Assembly (NCBI GenBank): GCA_964019335.1
Contig: OZ025719.1
Coordinates: 310,001-374,000, forward strand
Direction of reading: 5' to 3'
Length of the DNA stretch: 64,000 nt
DNA from: Diplonema japonicum
Lineage: Eukaryota > Protista > Euglenozoa: Diplonemea
Positions within the stretch are counted from its first letter, which is position 1; each line of letters begins with the position of its first letter. Position numbers and translations under genes: made by a program. Below are positions 56,381-64,000 of the stretch, piece by piece. The notes below the pieces were generated by a model, which had not been told where the DNA came from, did no database searches, and saw nothing but the letters and a program-made list of their open reading frames with translations.

Positions 56381-58741
56381 ATGACACGAATAGCTGTTCC
56401 ACCAATACCAAAGCCTCCGGGTCTTCCAAAAAGGCAATGGCCTGTGGCAAAGGAGATAAGCTTACCGGAAATAGAGACTGTGAACACGAGCAATGGCAAA
56501 AAGATGATTTACAAGTACAAAGAGAGGAAAACAGAGGACAGTGCAGTGGCGATGTCGGTGGCGCTGTCATTAAAATGGAAGAAGCCTGTCGTTCGAAAGA
56601 AAACCACAACTCAAGACGACGAGAAGCAAGAGCTGGAACTGAAGATGATGCAAGCAAAGCTGCATGCACTGCAGGCACATGCCAATGAGAGGGAGCAGAA
56701 GCTCCTGGAGCTGAACAGCAGTAATGCAGGTTACAACGGTATTGCCTTCTTGCAATGGCGCCACGAGGAGACGCAGAACAAGGCGAAGATCAAGCAGCAG
56801 CTCCGTCCCACGCCTTCAAGTGTCACCATGGACTGCGATGTAGGCGGTCCTGAGGTTCTCCGCCAGATGCTGTTGAGCAATAAGTCGTTGGCCAAGCCGC
56901 CTTGTCGTGTCGCAACACCGCCGGTGAGAGCCCCGACCCCTCCTGCCCCACGGCCTTCTGCCACCGTACCCGGCTCTCGTCGTGTTTCCAAAGAAGAGCT
57001 CGAGCTTCGCAAGCTGCTCCACACCGTTAAGGACCCAGCTCACTCCAAGATCGCCCGTCTCTGGTGTGACCCCTCCGCCTACGCCCAGTCCCTCATTGAG
57101 GAACGTGTCAATGCTCGTGCCCCTGACTTTGGCAAAGCCCCCGACGTGACGGGCCGTGGCGTAAGCCGTGCCACCACCGAAGAGCTTGCACTCAACACCA
57201 GCCGCCCACCCTCAGCAGAGCAGCGAAGCAGAGACCGCAGACTGCAGGTCATCGTCAACAAAAAACACGCTTTAGAAAGGGAAGCCATCGCCGTCCACCT
57301 CCGGAACACGGTCCCCAAAAAAGGCAGAAGCTTGATGCAGCACTGCTACGCCATTGCCTTGGAAAACCCCGACAATTTGAAGGTGAAGTTCGGTGCCCTG
57401 AGGACACTTGCGAGACTATCAGTAGGCGTGTTCAGTAGGATTGAAGCGCTGCAGCTAGCGGCTGAGAAGACTATCACATTAAGGACGGAAGGGCAGAAGA
57501 AAAGGGTGCGTGGTTTGTTGCCAAACCTTTATGCTCTGGGGGAAGCATGCAAGAAGAAGGAGAGGAGATTCCCCACTTCAGACTTGCTCAAGTTGGACAT
57601 GCTGAGGCAAGCAAGACAGATCGGCTGTAGCAAGGCGCACCTTTGCACACAGGATGAACAGCATGATGAACCAGTAGACAGCGAGTACCCTGGCAGACAC
57701 CTTTTGAGCATGCTCACGGCTGCAGAGAGAACCTGCAATGAGACCGACAAGTGTTATCCACGCCTTGCGGCATTCCAAGGTCTGCTGCATGCGTCTGCAC
57801 CTTTGCCACTCCCGAGGTGGTATGCTATCTCATCATTACCGAAGTTCCCGCCCTTAATGGGGGTACTGAAGACGGTGAAGGGGCAGAACATTGCAGGGCT
57901 GGGGCCACTGAACGAAGCATGCCAGAGCGTGAATTCGTGCCTGCCGCTGCACGTCCTGCCGGTGCGTGTTGTGAAAGTCTGCAAGTTCAATGGAGTAAAG
58001 CAGCTGTTGAAATGCGTGGAGGCGGCGAGTACCCACACAGGTATCGCCTTACTGGAGCGTGCCTTGCAACAGCACCCAACTGTGAATTATCATTGGCCAT
58101 ATGTCAGGGCGTGCAACTGGGGGTTCTTGAGCGCCTTGCATGAGATAGTTGAAGACACGGTGTACAACGGCCTGGTAATGCTGTACAACTCTTTGAAGAA
58201 GGACCCCTTCGTAGGGTACAGGATGCCGGTGCTGAGGCGTTTCGAGGAACGGTACTGCGGACTAAGAGCACTTGCAATGCTGACAACAGAGGACCGGAGG
58301 TACGTGGAGAGCGACGCGAGGGGAGTGAAGGCGTTAGTGCTTACAGCCATTCCTAACGATGCAGGGAAGTACTACAGACACCCCGAGGTCCGACTTGGTC
58401 TTGGTTTGCAAATGCTTGCAAGGGCGCGGACCCCTGGTAGTGCTGCCTGCAGCGCTCTCTTCCGTGCACAGGCCATCAAGACCTATGAGAACTGTACTCT
58501 CGCCGACGTGCTGCTTCTTGCATCAGAAAAACACAGCGGTCTCGCCCTCCTTGCCAGCCTCCTAAATCCGAAGTATGCTTGTCTTGAAGCCTTGGTTCGG
58601 GTTGCTCCCAGCACAAGTGTGTACCTCAAGGCGTTGGTTGCAAGCACCAACTCTCCCATTCCTGGGGTTCAGGTGCTTGCTAGCATGATGGAGCCCCATC
58701 AGGAAGGCTTGAAATGCTTGTGGACCGCCGCGGGGAAATAA
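56381..58741 (+). CDS. Hypothetical protein (about 786 aa)
   Basis: Long ORF; ATG after CAG; Leu/Ala-rich helical C-terminal half. Confidence 0.75.
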   Translation: MTRIAVPPIPKPPGLPKRQWPVAKEISLPEIETVNTSNGKKMIYKYKERKTEDSAVAMSVALSLKWKKPVVRKKTTTQDDEKQELELKMMQAKLHALQAHANEREQKLLELNSSNAGYNGIAFLQWRHEETQNKAKIKQQLRPTPSSVTMDCDVGGPEVLRQMLLSNKSLAKPPCRVATPPVRAPTPPAPRPSATVPGSRRVSKEELELRKLLHTVKDPAHSKIARLWCDPSAYAQSLIEERVNARAPDFGKAPDVTGRGVSRATTEELALNTSRPPSAEQRSRDRRLQVIVNKKHALEREAIAVHLRNTVPKKGRSLMQHCYAIALENPDNLKVKFGALRTLARLSVGVFSRIEALQLAAEKTITLRTEGQKKRVRGLLPNLYALGEACKKKERRFPTSDLLKLDMLRQARQIGCSKAHLCTQDEQHDEPVDSEYPGRHLLSMLTAAERTCNETDKCYPRLAAFQGLLHASAPLPLPRWYAISSLPKFPPLMGVLKTVKGQNIAGLGPLNEACQSVNSCLPLHVLPVRVVKVCKFNGVKQLLKCVEAASTHTGIALLERALQQHPTVNYHWPYVRACNWGFLSALHEIVEDTVYNGLVMLYNSLKKDPFVGYRMPVLRRFEERYCGLRALAMLTTEDRRYVESDARGVKALVLTAIPNDAGKYYRHPEVRLGLGLQMLARARTPGSAACSALFRAQAIKTYENCTLADVLLLASEKHSGLALLASLLNPKYACLEALVRVAPSTSVYLKALVASTNSPIPGVQVLASMMEPHQEGLKCLWTAAGK

Positions 58742-58878
58742 ACTTTCGTAGCGCATTATACTTTTTGTACGTTCTTTTTTCCTCCCTTACCGGAGCACTT
58801 CCGTGCTCTTTTTAAGTGGCAGAAGTTCTTTTTTTCTCTTTTTTTGCTGCTGTCTGCAAAACGACACACACAGAGGAC

Positions 58879-60321
58879 ATGAGTGATGAGCCGTTGGGCG
58901 ACAGGCTGAACTGTGTTGTTTCTTTTGGGTGCACGTGCATCGGCGTTCCTGTATTAGTGTTGGGGATCACGGCACTGCATACCGTGTGCGATGTGTGGGG
59001 AGATGAGAAGTATTTCAGCACGTGGTCGCTGCTGGACTCTACGTTAGTTTGCTGCAACGCATCATGCCCAATGCTAGTGAAGCTGGACACCTGCGGCTGG
59101 GTCGGGCACAACACAAGTGGCGAGTACGGAGATGACTGCATCGTGGGTCACGAACCACCTTTCAAGTGGTGCTGGTCGGACAAGCGCTGTGAGCTAGGCA
59201 ACTACAACAACGTAGGCCTGGCTATCGTCCTCATCTCCTTCGGCGCTTTGTTCCTTGCAGGGTCTGTGGGCCTTGCTATCACTGGCATCTGCCCCAACGT
59301 TCCTATCATAGTCCGACGGCTTCTTGCAAGACGTGATGTTAACACGCAGCTCAAGACCCTCCGTAGCAGAGCCACCACTTGGCTGCTTGTGGCACACCAG
59401 CCCGGCACTCTTGTGCACCTCCCTATGGAGCTCAGCCTTCTCGTGCTTGAATATTCTATGAACGGCCCCTTCGACAGGACCCCGCCTTCCCCCATCGCGT
59501 CGTCCCTCGGGCTGCCCGACCCTGACGCCATCTCGCTTGACCATTCTCTCCTGCCCATGCCGTGGAGGGACCCTGCCATGTCAAAGCTGATCGAGAACAT
59601 CGTGCAGTACTTGAGGGACGGGACGCCGGGTGTGTTCCAAGGGTCCGTCACTGGGAACATGGCGCTGAGGGACTGCGAGGGCGAGGCAGTGATGGAGTTC
59701 ACAGGAAGGGGGTTGGAGCCGGTACCCTTGCAGGATGTGACTTCTGTGATGCTGCGGCATCCGCACATGGTAGATATCCATCAGACGGGAGGAGAGGTTG
59801 TGGTTGTAGGCTTGGGAGAAACAGACTGGGAGGCATGGTCAGTCATGCTGAAGTATGCAAATAAATATCTATGTAAATTATTCATCAGGTGCCTTGGGGT
59901 AGATGTGAGCTGGCGAGAAAGGTACGTCGCACAGGAGGACGTGCATGGGCTATCCATAGAGGACAGGGAAGCGGTCGAGGTCGCGCATATCGAGCCAAGC
60001 GTCTTGCGGCAAGTCATGATGCTCATCAGCAGCTTCGCGATGCCCTTCACGGAGCACCAGGTGCGGCAGTCAGGAATCCACGATCTGGACATCATGAGCA
60101 CTTCTGAACTACTCCAGCTCCTCGTCTCACGGAACACCCTCACCACCATCTCGCAGACCAGATGTGGCAAGTCTTGGACCACCTATGCCTACGCTGCTTC
60201 TCTTCTGTCTCACGGTTTCCGTCTCGATACACACGAGAGTTCCTTAGTGACTGAATGCGAGGATGAGGATGAGGATGAGGAGTACGCAGACGAAACGACA
60301 CACTTACTTGCTTGTAATTGA
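58879..60321 (+). CDS. Hypothetical two-TM membrane protein with Cys-rich loop
   Basis: Two hydrophobic helices flank a Cys/Trp-rich loop; acidic tail. Confidence 0.7.
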   Translation: MSDEPLGDRLNCVVSFGCTCIGVPVLVLGITALHTVCDVWGDEKYFSTWSLLDSTLVCCNASCPMLVKLDTCGWVGHNTSGEYGDDCIVGHEPPFKWCWSDKRCELGNYNNVGLAIVLISFGALFLAGSVGLAITGICPNVPIIVRRLLARRDVNTQLKTLRSRATTWLLVAHQPGTLVHLPMELSLLVLEYSMNGPFDRTPPSPIASSLGLPDPDAISLDHSLLPMPWRDPAMSKLIENIVQYLRDGTPGVFQGSVTGNMALRDCEGEAVMEFTGRGLEPVPLQDVTSVMLRHPHMVDIHQTGGEVVVVGLGETDWEAWSVMLKYANKYLCKLFIRCLGVDVSWRERYVAQEDVHGLSIEDREAVEVAHIEPSVLRQVMMLISSFAMPFTEHQVRQSGIHDLDIMSTSELLQLLVSRNTLTTISQTRCGKSWTTYAYAASLLSHGFRLDTHESSLVTECEDEDEDEEYADETTHLLACN

Positions 60322-60395
60322 AGTCATACCTCTTTTTCTTTAGTTATTTATTTATTTCGCTTTATAGCTGAACTAGACTCTGAGCTTTTTTTTTT

Positions 60396-61050
60396 GCGAG
60401 TGGTGGCGTTGCGTGACAGTAGAGCAGCGGAGAGGACGGTGCATGTTATAAGACCATATCCTTGGAAAGAGACGACGACCGGAACAAGATGCCCGGTACC
60501 GACGGAGGAGATGCTTGTTGCGCACGGAGCAACGGGTGAGATACTGAAAAAGCAGTTGAAACATGTGCTACCCTGGCTGCAAGGTCTGAGGTGGTACCTA
60601 GGATCGAAGAAGACGTCAATCACCACGATGGAGCTGGCAATTGATTTTGAGATGACGACCGGTATATCCTTATACGGGGAACATGGGGAGAGCAGTCTGT
60701 TGGAGAGAAAAGCCGCACGTCTGCGGTACATCCTCAATAGAGTGCAAGCATGTGCGGCAAAGGGCAACAAAAGCGGCTTCCCGGCAAGATGGATGACCAG
60801 AGTACACTCCCTGAGAAACCTGGGCGCACCAGCGATGCATGGCTACGACAAGAGACCCTTGTTCTCGTCAACCCAAACAGCCCCCTATTTGGAGGGACTG
60901 CGACCGATGTTCTTAGCGCAGATGCCGTCCATGACGGACAGGCAAACCCCGACGGCCGGCACCAGGATGCAACCGCAGAATGGTGACAGGCACGTGTAGG
61001 ATCCCCCGTCCACGGTGGGCACCAACCAGCGCACCGCAAAAATAGATCGA
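60396..61050 (+). mobile_element. 5'-truncated non-LTR retrotransposon (divergent subfamily)
   Basis: PW....G.RCPVP, LRWYLG..SITTMELAIDFEMTTG, FPA...RV.SL..LG....G..RPLF: same domain as the 47 kb and 55 kb copies. Confidence 0.75.
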
Positions 61051-61345
61051 GTTTTTTTTTTTTTTTTTTTTTTTTTTGCGGGAAATCGGGGGAAGGAAAA
61101 CAAGGAACTGGAAAAAAAAAAGTGAGAGAACGGGGAGGGAGGGGGAAAAAAATCTCCCTCCACCCCACCATTTTTTGACTTTATGTTTTCTTCTTTTTTT
61201 TAGACGCTCCCCCCCCCCCCTCCACCGACATGTAGTTTCTCTTCTTGTTTCCTCTATTTCTTTCCAATTTTTTTTATTGTACTGACTGCGAAAGAATTTC
61301 AAAAAAAATATTGGGAAAAAGGAAAAAAAAAAAAAAAAAAGAAAA

Positions 61346-62137
61346 ATGCCGGATTTAGATGTGGGGCAAGGTTCCGTAGTGATCAAGATACCTTCGAGGC
61401 TGATCCCACAGTTCTCGATCGCTGTGGCGTTGGTGACGATCTTGGGCAGCGTCATGTCGTGTTTCTACCACAAGCATGATTTTGGCGGGACGTACTGGCC
61501 TTACATCAGCGACACGGCAAAAGAAATGCCTCAGGCTGGGTTCTTCTCCTACGGGATGTCACTAACGAGTCTCATGATATTTATCACAGTCCTCATTCAC
61601 CACGGAAAGCTGAAACTGAACCTCTACGCGTTATCAGGACAGGAGAGTGACGGGGCTGGTTTTAAACGGGCGAAAATGGCCAGGTTCATGGGTTGCTTTG
61701 CAGCTCCAAACCTTGGACTCCTAGCCTGCTTCGACACCTCAAGGTCCCCTGGGCTTCATATGTTATTTGTCGTATTATTCTTCATACCCTGTCTAATCTA
61801 TTTCATGTGTATAATTTCCGTGTATCGAATGATGGTCGCAAAGCTTCACAAGCGGCGTAAGGAAGGATGCCCCAGGATTAAGAGGCTCTCTTATGTGTCA
61901 TTGGAAACTAGTCTCAGGTGGAAGACCCGGATAGGGGCCGCCTTCACTCTATTTTTCTTCCTTTACCTACCCCTAGGCATGTATCTGGTGACGGACTGGT
62001 ACGTGTACTCTAACGATGTGATTGTGCACAGCTTCCGAGCGGTGTGCCAACACATCACCGTGGCCTGCATCATCCTCTTCTTTGGGAGCATGTATTTCGA
62101 CTTTGGAGACCTCGTCTTCAGAATAGTCCAAACATGA
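61346..62137 (+). CDS. Frag1/DRAM/Sfk1 family membrane protein
   Basis: WPYISDTA...P...FFS, LA.FDT....LH and about 6 TM segments. Confidence 0.8.
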   Translation: MPDLDVGQGSVVIKIPSRLIPQFSIAVALVTILGSVMSCFYHKHDFGGTYWPYISDTAKEMPQAGFFSYGMSLTSLMIFITVLIHHGKLKLNLYALSGQESDGAGFKRAKMARFMGCFAAPNLGLLACFDTSRSPGLHMLFVVLFFIPCLIYFMCIISVYRMMVAKLHKRRKEGCPRIKRLSYVSLETSLRWKTRIGAAFTLFFFLYLPLGMYLVTDWYVYSNDVIVHSFRAVCQHITVACIILFFGSMYFDFGDLVFRIVQT

Positions 62138-62204
62138 TTTTTTTTTTGAAGAAAAAGAAGAGGGGGGGGGGGGGGGGGGGGGGTACTAAGAGGGAGGAAA
62201 AAAA

Positions 62205-62770
62205 AAGAACGGACAAGGACTTCGGCAAGCTACCGGCAGGGGATGTCCTACGGGAGTACACGAAGGAGGTGCTGAGGTGGATGCGGCAACTGCGCTGGTA
62301 TGCAGGCAGCAGGAACACGTCAGTGTCGACGGTGGAGCTGGCACTGGATTTCGAGAACGTGACCGGGAAGACCCTTGGAGGGAAGCTGGGGGATCTCGCA
62401 GAAGTGCAGCAGAAAGCGAGGAGATTGCATGGACTGATGAAGAAGATCTGGCACACATGGGAGCTAGGGAGGGTACTGAAGAAGGTGAAAGGAAGGAGGG
62501 CCTTCCCAGCTGAGCCGAGCACAAGGGTGCACACACAACGAACCATCGGGAGGACAAAGGCGGTGATCGGATGGAACAGGAGGGCGATATTTGCATCACC
62601 GAAGACCAAGCATGACCTAGAGGCGTTGAAAGGACAATGGGCGAGAGAACGAAGAGAAAGAGCGGCCAGGCTGGGGAGAAGGCCGGCAAGACCACCAAAG
62701 GAGGAGAAACCGCTGCTGAAAGGGGATAGGTGCAGGTAGAAGATGAGAACAAGGGGGCGTCTCACAAAGA
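62205..62770 (+). mobile_element. 5'-truncated non-LTR retrotransposon (GDRCR subfamily)
   Basis: LRWYAG..VSTVELALDFENVTG...LLKGDRCR*; nucleotide-similar to 37730-38250. Confidence 0.8.
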
Positions 62771-63130
62771 CGAACACAAAGAATTGTTGTAGCATTTGTT
62801 GGGGGGGGGGGGGGGGGGCTACAGGATTACCCCCTCTTCCCACAACAATCAAAAAACTTTTTTTTTTGTTCGACTTGTCACCTTGACATTAAAAGACGGA
62901 TTTTTTTTTTCCCCCTCTTGATTTTTTTTTTTGAATACAAATAACAAAAAACACTGTTATTTCGTAGTTTTCACAGGACGTTACAAAAAAAAAAAGAAGC
63001 TTTTCTTTTGTTTGTTTTAAGCAAGATAATCTCCATAACCTATTAGGGTTTTTTTTTCCGATACCCCCCCCCCATTATTTAGAAAAAACCCCCACCCCCC
63101 AACTACACAAAGGAAAGAGAGAGAGGAGAA

Positions 63131-64000
63131 ATGCTCACGTTACGGCGTGCAGTGCCCGTGGTGCGAAGGGCGAGCATAAACATAGTGCGTTGGTGTGGAG
63201 AACCGGCATGGGCGGCGGAGGCAAGAAAGAAATACGAAGAAGAACAGAGAAGAAGAGCAGCACGGAAGGCCCAGGTAGAACAGGTAGACCTAGCAAACGA
63301 AGTAGAAGTGGAAGATGAGTTACAAGTGGAAGACGCGTCTCACGAACTACCGGTCGTGGAGGACGACGGGTGGCTGCTGTGGCAAAACCATGATGCTTGT
63401 CCTTCTGACATGGGCACTCAATGGAACCCATCGAGCGACGACATCGCTGGCGGCGGCATCCGGTCTGTGGAGGAGGCGAAGTTCCACTGCATCAAGAACG
63501 GCTACGGCGGCTTCACGCAGAAGTGGTCCCTTATCTACTACTTCAAGTCAAACACCCCCCGCCGCCTCACCGCTGCCAGGCAGCACGTCAAGAAAGACGA
63601 GAAAGGCATGTTGCACCTGTACGTGGCCCCAACCCTAGACGGCGTCACCGCCCTCACCCCTGAACTTGACAAACGCCTCAAGGACGCAATTGCTGCAGGC
63701 ACCGCGCCTGTCAAGAAGGACATGGATATTGACCTTGATGACGATGATGAGGACTGGGACATCCCCGAGGACCTGAAGAGCCTTGCCGACAACGCGGAGA
63801 CAGAAAAGGAGACAGGGGAGGAAAAGCCGGCTGAAGCGGCAAGCCAAAACAAAGAAGAAGAGAAGAAGACCACGGCAGGCCAAAACAAAGAGGAAGAGAA
63901 GAAGACCACGGCAGGCCAAAAAAAAGAGGAAGAGAAGAAGACCACGGAAAACAAAAAGCAGCCTGTTGAAAAGCAGCCGTGGGGTCATCGGAAGGTCGGC
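63131..64000 (+). CDS. Putative mitochondrial protein, runs off the 3' end of the window
   Basis: MLTLRRAVPVVRR presequence; frame open to the window end; contains W..NHDA.P...EEAK..CIKNGYGGF...YYFK..LYVAP module. Confidence 0.7.
   Translation, partial: MLTLRRAVPVVRRASINIVRWCGEPAWAAEARKKYEEEQRRRAARKAQVEQVDLANEVEVEDELQVEDASHELPVVEDDGWLLWQNHDACPSDMGTQWNPSSDDIAGGGIRSVEEAKFHCIKNGYGGFTQKWSLIYYFKSNTPRRLTAARQHVKKDEKGMLHLYVAPTLDGVTALTPELDKRLKDAIAAGTAPVKKDMDIDLDDDDEDWDIPEDLKSLADNAETEKETGEEKPAEAASQNKEEEKKTTAGQNKEEEKKTTAGQKKEEEKKTTENKKQPVEKQPWGHRKVG
63845..63948 (+). repeat. Coding 36-bp tandem repeat x3 (Q[N/K]KEEEKKTTAG)
   Basis: CAAAACAAAGA.GAAGAGAAGAAGACCACGGCAGGC repeated nearly three times. Confidence 0.9.

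Noticed and set aside
1-64000. CRISPR arrays, rRNA, tRNA, SL RNA genes, alternative genetic code
   Set aside because: None seen; TAA, TAG and TGA all terminate conserved genes normally.

Overview
Eukaryotic protist DNA. About 29 protein genes all lie on the + strand over 64 kb. Spacers are full of homopolymer runs (A, T, C, G), there are a few very short GT-AG introns, and several start codons have an AG just upstream. This polycistronic-style layout suggests a euglenozoan, most plausibly a diplonemid (inference only). Recognisable genes: DNA polymerase alpha, DHH1/DDX6, CIA1, ASCC1, a GH47 mannosidase, a ZSWIM2-like E3, a DONSON-like protein, a tandem pair of NRF-6-type acyltransferases, a dual-domain kinase, and kelch, WD40, UBL-UBA and Frag1/DRAM proteins. 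Main discoveries: (1) a non-LTR retrotransposon family whose 5' ends fold into HDV-like self-cleaving ribozymes (36716, 45180, 45806, plus a degenerate one at 20784), including a short non-autonomous 'ribozyme + LINE tail' element, with many sense-oriented 5'-truncated copies lying just downstream of genes; (2) the entire DHH1 gene nested on the same strand inside intron 2 of CIA1; (3) 39-87 nt introns that mostly use poly(A)/purine tracts instead of a polypyrimidine tract; (4) a TA-flanked 936-bp MITE; (5) gene-conversion patches between the tandem acyltransferases. All folds and splice models were worked out by eye and need computational or experimental confirmation.
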